A DNA stretch of 63,869 nt, counting the filler, from Reticulomyxa filosa (Eukaryota; Protista; Foraminifera): the NCBI GenBank assembly GCA_000512085.1. It is 13 parts of 13 records of this genome, joined end to end, with 100 filler letters (N's around TTAATTAATTAA, not from the genome) between each part and the next. Parts side by side here need not be neighbours in the genome. Positions count along the whole stretch, not along the records: positions 1 to 13,322 come from ASPP01003389.1; positions 13,423 to 15,291 come from ASPP01008598.1; positions 15,392 to 16,779 come from ASPP01022561.1; positions 16,880 to 21,129 come from ASPP01034271.1; positions 21,230 to 22,466 come from ASPP01047149.1; positions 22,567 to 40,001 come from ASPP01021972.1; 7 more parts are not named here. The stretch is one strand, 5' to 3'. Under the pieces are notes generated by a model, which was not told the origin of the DNA, did no database searches, and was given only the letters and a program-made list of their open reading frames with translations. Below are positions 12,701 through 26,310 of this stretch, piece by piece (the first letter of the stretch is position 1; each line of letters opens with the position of its first letter). The translations under genes and the position numbers were made by a program.

Positions 12701-13322
12701 CTTTGTTTTTGTTTTTGCTTTTTTATTGTGTTGTCAATAAAACATTGTATACTTAGATATTAAGAGTATCCCAACTGCAGTCGTCCATAAATCTTGCTGC
12801 TCTTGACAGGAAATTCACTTCTTTAAAACTTAATTCCAATTGTTCTGAACCATTATGGAGCTCTTTTACTGTTGTTGTTTTGATGAGAAAACAATATACA
12901 CGCTTTTATCCTCTCCTCTTGCAACAAGCTTTGTCACAAAATCATACAGCTGTCCACAACAAGGGTATATATTCTATCAATTATGACCGCCTGGATCTGC
13001 TTATTCATGACTAAACCAGAATAAATACAATATTATTGAAATACATTTGATTAGAAGGCAATTTTCTCTTGCCCCTCTGCTCTCTTCAATAGCATCTCGA
13101 AGCAAAGTATTCAAAGCAGTATATGTTATCTTTCAAATTTAAAACATTTGTGCATTATCGTCTTAATGAAAAAGAAAAGTTAATTTCTGATTTAAAATCG
13201 TTGATGTGCCTGCATTATAATAAGATCCAATAATTAAAGCTTAGTTGTCAGCAAGTAATTTTAAAAATGGCAAATTTTTTCAAATTAAAGTTACGAAATA
13301 AAATTCCTGAAAAAGATAATAC

Positions 13323-13422
13323 NNNNNNNNNNNNNNNNNNNNNNNNNNNNNNNNNNNNNNNNNNNNTTAATTAATTAANNNNNNNNNNNNNNNNNNNNNN
13401 NNNNNNNNNNNNNNNNNNNNNN
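13323..13422. other. Artificial scaffold spacer N44-TTAATTAATTAA-N44. Others at 15292, 16780, 21130, 22467, 40002, 41102, 51025, 54702, 55986, 61243 and 62387, each 100 bp
   Basis: The identical 100-bp unit with a six-frame stop 12-mer occurs twelve times. Confidence 0.98.
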
Positions 13423-14722
13423 GCATCCCTACTCCCTCCAAAAATAAACAAAAAAAAAAAAAAAACTGAGAAATTTGAGTGGCATCAAATAGTATTGGCA
13501 ACAGCCAACGAATAAAAAAGGTGTCATCAAATGCGCAGAGAGCCTGAATAATGGTCAAATAATTTAAATAGCTATAGTTTCCTCCGAGGACAAGAACGAC
13601 TTGGAACAGTACAAAAGAGATGCCAATGAAATGGACTACAAAGTGGCCATAGTGCCAATAGTATGAGTGCAACAGTGGGTTTGCAATAGCGCAGTAGGAA
13701 AGCAGAGCGAGAAAAATAAAAAAAGGAGGGAAAAGCACTTCAATGACGTGGTTGCCACAAGTAAGTCCTTGCAGAACCTGTTTGGGCAAACTGTGCAAGA
13801 TATAACTCATTGCGTTGGGGCAAGGCTGAGTCCAATAGTGATAACACATAGCAGTCAAATGTGGCCATTTCCAAGACTTGTCATTGCTGTTCAACAGCTT
13901 GGTCACTCCAGGCTCAAACATTACTCGAAACAATAGCCATTGCAATGCAATTACATTCATATTGATGTAACTGTTAACATTGATTTTATCGTCATTTTCC
14001 CCTAGTGAGTCACGTCAGATACAACAACAACAAATAAATAAATGATACATATATACATATACATATATGTATATGTATCATTTTATTTATTTATAAACAT
14101 TGAATGAAGGACTTGGCTCACCCACGCTTCCCAACCATATGCATAGACAAGAAAATTCCAGAAGTTGCGGGTGCCATCCGTAGGCAGTGAATGATTGTCC
14201 CACATTGACAAAGGACAATTGAATGAGCCAAATAATTAATAGGGACAATGCGCTTAAGCTTTGGTAATACATTTCAAATGCACAAAGCAGAGCTCCAATC
14301 ATTAGTAACCATTTCATCGCTGCGCTCGAATGACGTAGTGGGAACAACCATAGCAATGTTGGACAGTCGTCCAAATACAATACCAACGAAGGCCTCGATT
14401 GTGAATTGTTGCTACTCAACAACAACTCCAAGTAATTTTGAACGGGTAAAATTCCACGGTTTCCGAAACATCCCTCCCATTGGAAGAACGCTGTCAGAAA
14501 TGCTATCATGTGCAGTACTAGAAACCCTTGCAGTATCACTATTCTTGTCAGAAAGTATGTTGGTTGTGTCTCTATTGCTATATCAATGACCAAGCCTCCT
14601 CTGGTTTGTGGAGGTAATAATGATATACTTCGATGAAGCAAAACCAACACAAAAATGAAAAATATCAATAATACGCCCAATGGCTGACATACTCCTAGTA
14701 ATAGCTTCAATTGGAATATCAT
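13423..14722 (-). CDS. LMF: Lipase maturation factor family membrane protein (3' end lost in gap)
   Basis: Motifs GNRGILP, QLSFVNVGQSFTAYGWHPQLLE, WLLFRVMFEPGVTKL, LTAMCYHYWTQPCPN and GNYSYLNYLT. Intron at ~14010-14100. Confidence 0.9.
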
Positions 14723-15391
14723 CTCAATCTTTTTTTTAGTGCCACCAACACTTTTTATGCCCGTTTTTTTAATTCTGTCCTTTTTTCCTTATTTTTACAA
14801 GAAAATAAACGGGTTTAACAAGTATGTGCACGTTGAAACATCTTCTATGACACGCCAATAGTTGAAACATAAAATAAGACAGCGTTTATTGCTACATACG
14901 GTACCTTTCACAGTAATATGAGCAAATACATGTTTATTAATTGCCTTCATCAAACGTATGTTTGCCCAAAATTATCGTAGGAATATAAGTTTGCCTCTTT
15001 TTTTCTACAAACGATTGATTTTTGTTTCAAATCTTTTAATATTTTCTTTGCGTCAGAAATTTTTTAGATATGCTTGTTTTTTGTTTTTACTTGGAATGTA
15101 CATTAGGTTGCAAAGAAAACTGAACGCATAAAACATATCTTATGATGATAATTGATTTTCTCAATGAAAAATCAACATTCAGACATAATTTTTTTTTTAT
15201 TTTAAAAAAATATCTACAAGTCTTGTAGTTTTTAAATATGATATTGATTTTTTTAATAACTTTTTTTTTTGTTGGATGAAATCAACATTCTNNNNNNNNN
15301 NNNNNNNNNNNNNNNNNNNNNNNNNNNNNNNNNNNTTAATTAATTAANNNNNNNNNNNNNNNNNNNNNNNNNNNNNNNNNNNNNNNNNNNN

Positions 15392-16532
15392 GTATGAAAT
15401 ATTGAATAAAAAAAAAAAATTGGTCTAATGTATATACTATTAAAAACAAATACATATACATATACATATATATGTATATGTAATGTGCAATAAAATAAAA
15501 ACTTGGCTTTCTGCTTTTCTTGTGTTTGCTTCAATTCTTGCTGGATTTGCGTTTCTCGTTTTTTGAATTCTTTGTGTAGATCCTTTTCTATCTGTTGAAT
15601 GCGGTCTTTTTCTCTAGACAAGTTGGCAGTCTCCGCATTCAATTGGTCTTCGCGAGCTTGAAATTCGGCTTTCTTATGTTCCAATTGCCCTTTGACATCT
15701 TGAAATTGTTTTTCTTTATTCGCGAGCTGCTGACGAAGGGTTCTCAGTATATATTCGCGGTCACTTATGTCATTCTCTTTGCCCTTTAGTTTGTCTTGGC
15801 TACTATGCAGCTCTTCATCCTGCTTTTTCAGTCGCTCTTCGGTCTTGGCTAACTCTTCTTTTGTCTTTTCAAATTCCAACTTTTCTTTGTCCAATTTTTG
15901 TCGCTCTTGGATCAGTTGCGAACTCCTATGCGCACATTTTAATTGAAGAAAAACGTGAGTTTATTTTTTTTTTTACGCGTTAAAATAAATAAAAAGTAGT
16001 TTACAATTGTTGAAATTCTTGTTCATTTTTTTCAATGGTGACCATTTTGGAGTTGACCTCTTGCTGGTCTTTTTCCAATTTTTGCTTCGCTTGGGCTATG
16101 TCAGCTCTTACTTTTTCAAATTCTGTATTTCCCTGTTCCAATCGCGCTTCTCTTTCTCGAAACTCTTTTTCCATTACTTGTTGTCTGGTTTGTTATTTTA
16201 TTATTATTGTTATTATTATTATTCTTTTTTTTTTTTTTTTATCTTTCAGAAAAAGAAAAAGGACAAACTGGTGGGATATTTTGTGTTCATGTTGTGCCTC
16301 AGCCTCTTTTTGTTGCTGTCGAAGATTTTCCAAATTCTTTTGCTCATTTTCCAATTGTTTTGCAGCAGTGTTTTTTTGCTTTTCCATGTCCTGAGTCTCT
16401 TTTTCCATTATTTTAATTTTGTTGGTCAATTCATTGTATTCCTTTTCCCTTCAAACAAACAAACAAAAAAAAAAGGCATTATCAATGAAGTAAAGTGTTG
16501 AATTGTATTCAATTACATGCATTTGAGTGATG

Positions 16533-16566
<34 letters not shown>

Positions 16567-16779
16567 CATATATACATATATGTATGTATGTTGTCTAAAG
16601 ACTTGCCTTTCTTTATTTTTTTGAGTTGTGTCAGCCAGTTGTCGATTGATTGTTTCCAACTCTTTTTTTGCTTTGGCTAATTCGCTTTGTTTGTGTTCGA
16701 ATTGTTTCGTAAAGGTTTCTTCATGTTGCCTCAATTCATTTGTTTTTTTTTTCCAACACTTTTTCCGATTCTTCAAGTA
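15392..16779 (-). CDS. Internal exons of a long coiled-coil protein (both ends in gaps)
   Basis: K/E/Q-rich heptad exons separated by (TA)n and T-rich GT-AG introns. Confidence 0.7.
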
Positions 16780-18189
16780 NNNNNNNNNNNNNNNNNNNNN
16801 NNNNNNNNNNNNNNNNNNNNNNNTTAATTAATTAANNNNNNNNNNNNNNNNNNNNNNNNNNNNNNNNNNNNNNNNNNNNATTTAAAAAAAATTTCTGTTG
16901 CAAGAAACGAAAATTATTGAAAAGAAATCTTATAGTAATCAAGAAACTGCAGCGACTATTATTATCCGATTGCTTTAATCTGTTCTTTTGTTATTAAAAG
17001 TATTGAATAAAGTGAAAATCGAGCTAGTAAAACCATTCGACCACAAGCTCAAAGTATTTTAATGGGTGTAATGAATACCATCAACAAAGTCCCTTTTTGG
17101 TGACAGTAGCAGTTAATTTAAACAAAGGACACTATATAATATAAATATTCATACGCATATATAAGTTCATTATTATCACGTATAAAAACAAAACACACCA
17201 TTACATGTACATATACTTGAACAGAATTTCCAGATGGAAAGAGATAATTGGACAACTTGGTCCAGAAATCAAAGCGTTCTTTTGTGCATGAATCTGGTCG
17301 GATTCCAATCGATTGATAGATTTCTTTCCGAAATGTGGATAGCCAAAGAAAAAATTAGTCATTGTGGTGTTCAACAAAAAAGTATTTAAAATTGTGAACA
17401 ATCATTTTAGTTGGCACATGCTGACAATTATCTGAATTAAAAATTTTGTAAAAGAAATGAAATTTGTTTTTTTGTTTGATCCTTCTACAATGTACATTAC
17501 GAATACTATCGATGTGTACAAACTTCAAAATATCATTCCTCTTCAATGCAACTCTATTATGGTAACAACGATAAATATTATATGCAATATTTTATAAACA
17601 CAAATTGGAATGTTAGAAAACTTCCAAGATGTGAATTGTAAAGTGAAAAATTTGTCAAAAAAAGCAAACAAAACAATATATCAATAGATCAAAGCGAATG
17701 ATTATCAGTTTGTGAAAATCAAATTACCAAAGCTTTTTTTTTTTTTTTATTTTGCCCCTTTTTCCATTCAAAAAAAAACTCCTTAAAGGGCTCGGCAAAA
17801 AAAAAGGAAGCATCAAGATGCCACAAAAACAGCGCAACCATAGAGTGAAGCCTCTCTCTCGTTCACCACATTGATTGTGAAATCTGAAGACAATCATTTC
17901 ATTATCATCAATTTACTGAGATGTATGTACATTTTTTTAAAATGTAATTGTAATTTTACTTTTATTTTTTAAGTTGAGTTTTTTGGGTTTTAATTTATCC
18001 CTGTTCAAGTGCTATTGACAATGATAAACAAAATAAATAAGATAATTCATTTTTTACATAATTTTATCAGTACAAATAGATTATGTCAATACATTGATTC
18101 ATTTGGATAACAGATATATGTCCAAGATTATCTTTTTTTTACATTGGTAATTAGGAATAAAAGTTAAAAAAGTCACATCGGATAACTCA

Positions 18190-18480
18190 AAAAAAAAAAA
18201 CAACACAATGCCATCGAATTGTATCATTGGGATAAGAGCAGATGTATTTGTATTGTTTTTTCAGAGTATGATACGAGTAACAGTCGTTGATTTCATAGCT
18301 ACTACAAATAAGAAGTTCTTCTTTGAATAAAAGGCATTGTGTAGACATTGTTTGATGAATAAATGTATTTTTTAATTGCTGACAATGGGCCGTGCTTTGG
18401 CTAATTGTGCCAGCCATTTTAAAATAGGATGTAAAAGTCCTTGTTTTCTCGTTGATAGTGTTGATAGCGTTAATTGCGTT
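18190..18480 (-). pseudogene. Remnant of a lineage-expanded beta-propeller (Kelch-like) family gene
   Basis: QCLLFKEELLICSSYEINDCYSYHTLKKQYKYICSYP..HCVV; short and interrupted. Confidence 0.45.
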
Positions 18481-19199
18481 TTGACAGATTTTTGTTCAAT
18501 CTTTTTGCGTTGGGAGAAGCAAATATCAGCTCAAGGCAGCTTTTCTTCAAGGAATACATAGTTAAATAAAAAGTTCTCTGTTCTACTCCAGTTTTTTTTT
18601 TAAAACCCCTTTTTCGTCATTTTCAAAATTATTGTTGCATTTAAATAATAGATACAAAAAAATCCATTTGAATTTAGTGTTCTATGACATTTGAGTTTTT
18701 TTTAAATTTCAAAAAAAATGAACGAAATTTCTATCAAGTTTTTTTTTTAGAAGATACTTTTTTTTTTAGAAGAGATTACTTTTTTTGCATATAGGAATAA
18801 TTCTGATATTTACACCAATATTTTATACGCTTAGCTTTTGTTGTGACTTGTATTTTCATTTTCTTTCTCGACAATCAAAAGAAAACAGTGCCTTGTTTTG
18901 AAAATTATTAAGCTATGAAGAAATGTATAAATAAATGTTTTTACCTTTTATGTCCAACTTGTTCCTATCACAAGCCAATCAGTTAGCATTATGTTTGCCA
19001 TTTGAATTAAAAATTACTTGTTATTCTTTTGCCAAATACATGTATATCTTGTATTATCTACACGACAGAAAGCTTTATTAATTTTTTTGTTTCATTAATC
19101 AAACAAAAAATATATTTCATTGATAGTCCTGTGTTGAGACAAAACAATATGAAATGATTAATCACAAAACAATGATTTTGAATTTCAAATTTATGTTTT

Positions 19200-20200
19200 T
19201 TTTTTTTGAATCAATTAGTTGAACTTTATGAACCAATCAAAATGAGGATTGACTCTTTTTTTTTTCTTACAATGGAGCCACACAAGGAGTCTTATTTATA
19301 TACCTTTCTGTCGATACCCACATTTCTTGGCTATTGTGATTTTTTTTTGATTCAATATGGTAGTATACACTCTAATCTCCATCTTGAAGCAATTTTACTT
19401 CAACACGTCTACATAGCCGTGAATGTCAATGTGTTTGGAGTTCTTTTGTATCTTCCATTTGTCATTGCAATATATATTCATTTTACTTTCTTCAAGATTA
19501 CAAGATTATGATATGTTTGAGTATCACTCTTGCGATGTCCATTCATAATAATTATCATTGTGTAATTGTCATTATTATTATTGCCGTTTTGTGTATTAGT
19601 CGCTTTTTCTTTTTGTTGGCTCTGTTTTTTTTATGTTGTCATTGTTCTTATCGCACCTCTCTCGTCATGTCTTTATCTTCCTTTGCACACTTCCGATGCA
19701 CATGCAATCTTTTATTTCCTATTGTCGTTGTTGTGGTTGATAGTTAGTTACTTTAAAGTTCTGTTAATTCATTATTGTCTTTTTTTTTTCTCTATCTCTC
19801 CCATTGTTGAAACATAAACATCAAACAAAGTCGAAACTGGTAATATTTGAATGGTTTTTTTTTTATTGTTGTTGACACCATTTTCGTTTTTAAGTGTTTG
19901 GTGTGGCGTCCATCGTTATTACCATAATAAAGCTGCATTGAAGGAGAATGATATGGCGATGTTTTGAAGTTCGTATATATGGATAGTATTTGTAATGTGC
20001 ATGTGATGGTATGTCTTGTTTTATATGTGATAATAATTTATGATAATCACAAAAAAGGACCAATTCAATCAGGAACAACGATTACAATCATTTCTTGTAA
20101 GACTTCTTCAAATTTTATTGATAATCGTTTTTTTTCTGTTTCTGGATAACGTTTCTGTAAAAAAACAATTTCACAATAATTTTGTATAAAATCATAAACA
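19200..20200 (-). pseudogene. Degenerate RING/TRAF zinc-finger-like remnant
   Basis: Scattered Cys/His-rich fragments with many stops; no intact frame. Confidence 0.3.
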
Positions 20201-21229
20201 TAAAGTAAAAGTAATAATTGACCTAAATTTTTTGGAAAATTTTCTTTATGTTGTGTTATAAAATTAAACTAATTATCATCCAATAAAAGTTCTTCCAATT
20301 CAGTCAAATGATAGAGTACAGATTACATATTTATAATACAAAATCTGATTCTCCTTTGTTTGAAAATCTTCAGAACAGAAGAAAAAAATGGATTGCTTTG
20401 TGTTTGTTTGTTGACAGTGTTTTTCTTTCATGAACAAAAGCATTTGTTCGTTAACTGAGTAAGTTTTTTGTATTTTTTTTTAAGTCAGAATATTTTAAAA
20501 CATCACACGTAGAATGTTTTTTTTAATATCTCGTTCTTAAAAATTAGCAAATGTCAATGTTTTTATGAAGAAATACCAACTCCGAATTGATTTTATGCTT
20601 TCGATTGTTTTGATATTCTGAAAATGAAACTTGATTGTGTTTGAAATACATGCTACAGTAAGTTGGAAAAAAAACTACAAGCCTAAAATGACATCCATTG
20701 AAGTGATTATGTTAAAAGTTATCTTTTTAGTTTTGCCTTTGTTTGGTTTGAGTTTTTTGATGTCCATTTTTATTGTGTCACATTGATCACTGCAACAATT
20801 GGTAGGTGATCACTGACACAATTTTCGTTTAGCAGTAACAATTCTTTAATATTGCACTGCATAAATTCTGTCAAAGTATTTTGACAGTTAAGTGATAATT
20901 ATTAAATGTATATTACGAGAAATCAACAACACTGACACTTGCATCAACTTCTAAAGTAATATTATGATACAATAATTGTAAAACAATTAACTGTTATGAT
21001 CTTTTATTAACATAAAAAAAAAAATTCCCTAAAATGAACTGGCGCAAAAAAAATATAATCAAATTTATTAAAAAAAACTTTTCAAACTTTTGCTTAAATG
21101 AAATATATATATCGTGGTGAGTCCAAAAANNNNNNNNNNNNNNNNNNNNNNNNNNNNNNNNNNNNNNNNNNNNTTAATTAATTAANNNNNNNNNNNNNNN
21201 NNNNNNNNNNNNNNNNNNNNNNNNNNNNN

Positions 21230-21301
21230 GAATTGGGCGGCGACACGATGTTCCTGAGGCGCCGCCTTATTCAGTCTTTTCTTTTTCGATTTTCCATTCA
21301 T
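21230..21301 (-). CDS. Probable first exon of a gene running into the gap
   Basis: ATG-initiated open frame MNGKSKKKRLNKAAPQEHRVAAQF, GC-rich relative to its flanks. Confidence 0.4.
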
Positions 21302-22566
21302 TTACTTTTTTTAAAATTTTGGCAATGTTCAGAGTTTAGAATTGTCATTTTTTAACTGAATGTGATATTTTTAGCGCAAATAGTATTTTGTTTTATTCAT
21401 TTTCGTCATATATTGCCCTTTTTTTGACTGTAATATGAAACAATGAAATTATATTTAATTATCATAAATTGTATTTGAATCAAACACATTAGTTTTATTT
21501 TTGAATATGCGATAGATAGAAACTTTTTTTTTATTAATTGTTGAGTATATTTTTTGGTAATTTAATAAGACTTTTTATTGTGTAGGTAATATAAATCATA
21601 TAATAAAACTAACAAGGAAAAAATGTGTTTATTATATGATGCATAATTTTATATGCAAAATTTCTGCTATTTGGAAACATCTAAAAAACAATATATTCCA
21701 TTATCGCCAAAAAAAAATATTTTTGGAGCGAAGAAAAACTACTTAAAGAATTAGTTTTATTGGCTTTTTTTCTTTCTAAAATTACGTCAAATACAAAAAA
21801 ACACTTAAAAAAAAGCTGAATAATTATTATCAGTATTTCAAAAAATATTGAAAAGTTTGTCGCCTTCTTGCTAGCTATTTTTTCTTTCATGTCAGTTATC
21901 GCCATCTTGGTAAATGTGACAAGTGTTCTGATTTGTAAATTTCTATCCCTTTTTGCTTTGTTGATTTGAAGAGTTTTTATTATTACTGATATTTTTTTGT
22001 TATTGTTTCAAGTTGGAATTACATTGCAGATGGATAACTATTATTAAAAAAAAACTTTATTTCCGAGTTTTTATCAAGAGCGTGTTGTGTTAGCAAAAAT
22101 TAATTTTATTGAAGCAAAACCTTGATAGTCTACAATACAAAAATAAAATGATTTTCCATGCCAATATTCCTTTGTTTTTTTATTAAAAAAGCAATTAAAT
22201 GATTTACTTCTTTTTACTTTAACTCAATCTACGACATGTGCTAGAACATTCAAGACGTGAATCAAATTTAAGATAGCACGAATAGTGTACATAGTAATGA
22301 TAAAAAATGCCACAAAAGAAAAAAAAGATTTTCTGTTTTCAATTGCAAATATCAGATAACGCAACTGCAATAATATAAACAAAAAACAATCTTTTTTATT
22401 GACAAGCCCTTGTCTGAAAAACACATGATAATAAAACTACGAAAACACTATATTTTATACTTTGATNNNNNNNNNNNNNNNNNNNNNNNNNNNNNNNNNN
22501 NNNNNNNNNNTTAATTAATTAANNNNNNNNNNNNNNNNNNNNNNNNNNNNNNNNNNNNNNNNNNNN

Positions 22567-22753
22567 GTTTACAATAATTTGAATCTTTTTTTTTTTTATG
22601 ATTATTTGTTGTTTCTATTGCGTTAAATAATTTTTTTAAACAAAGAGTTGAACCGGATTCAAGAAAAGTGGTTTGATGCTTGTTATCTTTTTCAGTAATC
22701 CTTTCTTGTTGATCAAGTTTACTTTCTTCAGAAATTTGTTCTTTTGATGACAT
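22567..22753 (-). CDS. Probable 5' end of an unidentified gene (truncated by gap)
   Basis: ATG-initiated ORF MSSKEQISEESKLDQQ... runs toward the spacer. Confidence 0.35.
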
Positions 22754-23243
22754 TTCTAGTCCTCGTTTTAATTATTGAATTGAGTTTTTTTTAACTAGGA
22801 AAAAAAACTTTTACTTTGTTTCGGTATGAACACAAACATCAACTGTAAAAAAAAAAGTACAAGTTTTATTTAGGTTCAAAAGGCTTTAAAAGTAAAATCC
22901 AGTATGTAAGTTTTGTTGTACTGTTTTTCTATATTTGTTTTATATTTGAAGCTTTTTTATATCAATATTTTATAACTTTTTTGTTGAAGGACAGTTTAAT
23001 ACCGATCCATCTGGAAAATAAGTCATATCTAACAACAGTGAATATTAGTAGTTTGCAAAAAGTGGCAAACCTAAAGTATTGAATTAAATTATCAATGCTT
23101 CTAATAAAGGAAGAGAAATTTGGTTGTAATAACTACTTTTTTTTTATCATTTTTTACATTTGTTTGTGCTTGCTAAAAAATCAAAAGACTTGATATCCAT
23201 ATAAATAAAAGCATAAAAAACTCTTATTACATTATGCTAATTA

Positions 23244-24410
23244 CTAATAAGGTAGTCCTTTTTTCCATATTCGTATTGTTTTGTCAGAAGAACATGACGC
23301 AATGATATTGTCATTATATGAAATGTCAATTCCAGTCACCCATCCAGAGTGTTCGGTTAATCTGTCTATTTCACATCCTGAATTTACATCCCATAGACGA
23401 ATGGTATTGTCATCTGAACAAGATATAATAGTTTGACCATCTGAAAAATAATTCACATCATTGACAATATCTGAATGGCCCTCACATTTTTGCAATTCAT
23501 TTCTTGTTTCGATATCCCATATTCGGATGGTTCTATCATATGAACAAGACACAATAAATTGACCATTCGGTGAAAATTTTGCTTTCGTCACAGAATTGGT
23601 ATGTCCCCTGAATACTTTCAAGACATCACCCGATCTTGTGTCCCATATACCAATTTTTGTATCACTTGCGGATGACACAATCCTTTGTCCATCTGGAGAA
23701 AACTGTGCACTCATTACAGCACCCAGATGGCCAACAAGTTTGCGAAGCTTTATTCCAGATCTCGCATTCCATAATTGTATTGATCTATCCAGTGAGCTTG
23801 ATAAAATAATGTTACCATCTGGAGAGAAACTTACATCACATATCCAATTTAGATGCCCCCTCAATTGCATCAACTCTAGTCCAGATTTCACATCCCATAA
23901 CCGAATTGTAGTATCCTGTGAACATGACATAATTGTATTTCCATCTAATGAAAATACTGCTACATAGATCCAATCGGAATGTCCTTTGAAAATTTGGACT
24001 TGCTTTCCAGATTCGAGATCCCATATTCGAATTGTTTCATCTTCTGATGTTGAAACAATCTTAAGACCATCCGGAGAAAATTTTACGCTTCTTATTGTTC
24101 CAGAATGTCCTCGCAATACTTTCAATAATGTGAAATATTTGATCTATACAAAATGTCGCAATGATGAAAGACATTTCTTCAATTTAAGAAACATAAAACA
24201 ATCGCTTAACATATTTTGTAATAATTCTGTCAAAGTCATTAATCCATCCTAATTTCACGTCCAAAATTCGGTGCCAATTTTTAATTATTACATTTATTGC
24301 TTTTTCTGACTGTTGAAACAAGTACTTTAAAAAAAACAAAGCTATTGCCGCTATATAGATCATACCAGCTGTGATATTGCATTCTCGTTTCTATTGATAG
24401 TGGTAGTCAT
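23244..24410 (-). CDS. WD40-repeat (7-bladed beta-propeller) protein
   Basis: Seven regular GH...FSPDG...S.D.TIRIWD repeats in a 293-aa exon. An upstream exon carries the family motif NWHRILDVKLGWINDFD. Confidence 0.93.
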
Positions 24411-25395
24411 GCCTCACTGTTTTTGTATACAGAAATAATGTAGATTATTTAAGATGAACCTTAATTTTTGGGTTTTCTTGTTTTGTACTTTTCTTTGTCA
24501 AAGCAAAATAAATAGCTACAACCTTTGATTTTGCTCGTTTTGACAGTACTTATTTCTTCATCATGCTAAAAATTGTTTTAAATGCAAAAGAAAAAACTAC
24601 GTTTTATTATAATTAAAATTTTTTGGGTTTTGAACTAGTTTAAAATAAAATCCTTTTGTAAAACTTTTCACATAACTCAAAATTGGGTATCAACTCTCTT
24701 TTTTGAATTGATAAATTATCAAATGTAGCAGAATATGTCTCAGCGGGAATATCCCTTGAATTAGTTTTTTCCTTCAAAGGATGAATGCTTGTTCGCTTTG
24801 TTCAAACCAAAGTTACTGTCATGATCATTTGACTTGCTATTACACCTAATGAAAAACATAAAATTATTGTCAGACTACATTAATTTTACTTAGTGTAAAT
24901 TGAAAAATCTTATACAACTTAAAAATTGAAAAATCAAATACTATATACTTTTTCTATGAAAACAGTGAGAGTGTGGATCAAGCTTATTGAAAATTGAAGA
25001 AAAGATAAATCTTTCTGGCAAAGAGACAAACTTTCTTAGGAGGATGAGTGATTAAATTGTAGTAAAATATCCTTAGTTAAACAAGGGGAGAGGGGGAAAA
25101 AAAAAGCAAACGCAGAAACACCAAATACCACTTTTATTTTTATTTATTATCATCATTTGGTCGTTGGACCCAAAAATGTATAGTGAATACTCAATTCTTG
25201 CAAATAAGATCAATGCATTAAAAACAGTAATTCATGAGAATTATCAATATACATTATTTATTCGATTTTTGAACAGTGTTGTCAGGAAAATCTGTTGTTT
25301 GAAAATGAACATAGTTATTGGCGGTAGATTGCTCGTGCTTTTTGTCTTTCTTTGATCTAAAAATATCACAACATTGAGTTTAGGAATTAAATTAA

Positions 25396-26279
25396 TCAAT
25401 ATAACAACAATATATACATGTACATGTATTTTCCCTTTAACGTTGGTGCTGTGGGTCTTTCGTTTCCGGGATTATTCTGTTTCAATAGCGCAGATAAATC
25501 TGCTTCTTTGTTGTTTGCATTGATAGCTTTATAACAGGCATAGACTTCCTGTAAAATGTCGGTAAGGCCTTGACACAGTTTAGAATCGAATTTGTATGCA
25601 TACTCGGTGGCATACTTGAATAACTCCAATTGGGAAGACTCGAGTTGATGAAGTAAGTGTACACACCCATCGAAATCGTCAGAGTAGCTCCTATCTTTTT
25701 TACGGTCCCGAATTTGTGTATCGGGTTGTTGATCCACGGAAATGTTTAAATTGCGAATGAGTGCGTCAATATCCAATGAAGACAGCCCTTGCTTGGACCG
25801 TAGTTCACAAAGAAGATGTTTGATTTCAGTGCGAATTTTCACCACTTCGTTTGAATCACACCAATCGTTTCGACTGAGTGCGTTTCCACTATTGAAAATA
25901 GGATTATGCAAAAACAAGTGAACATATTTTAAGACAAACACGCCGCAATCCCAATGATTTTTTTGTTGAGGTACGCCAAGGGATACTCCTGGACAAGACT
26001 CGGCATTCCATACCACGGTGTTCCTACCCCTTCGCTTGCATTCAGCTTGAAGCCAAACTCGAAGATCGTTATAAACAAGCTGCGGTCTGTGGGAGCCACG
26101 CCAGCTATCTAAATGCAGGATCTTTGCAGGGCTTTTTTGTTATATTCAAAAGGTCTTCGTGCGTTTGAAGGATTTTTTTCCAGTCTTTTTCTTCCTTGTG
26201 TTCGCTCAAAGGGCAAGAGGAGTTCACATTATTATTGTGATTATGATTGTGATTATTACTATTGCTATCATTGTCAATA

Positions 26280-26310
<31 letters not shown>

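Noticed and set aside
21230-21273. GC-rich hairpin GGCGGCG...CGCCGCC followed by a T-tract, resembling an ncRNA or terminator
   Set aside because: It is explained equally well by an ATG-initiated minus-strand exon running into the gap, and no ncRNA family motif is recognisable.
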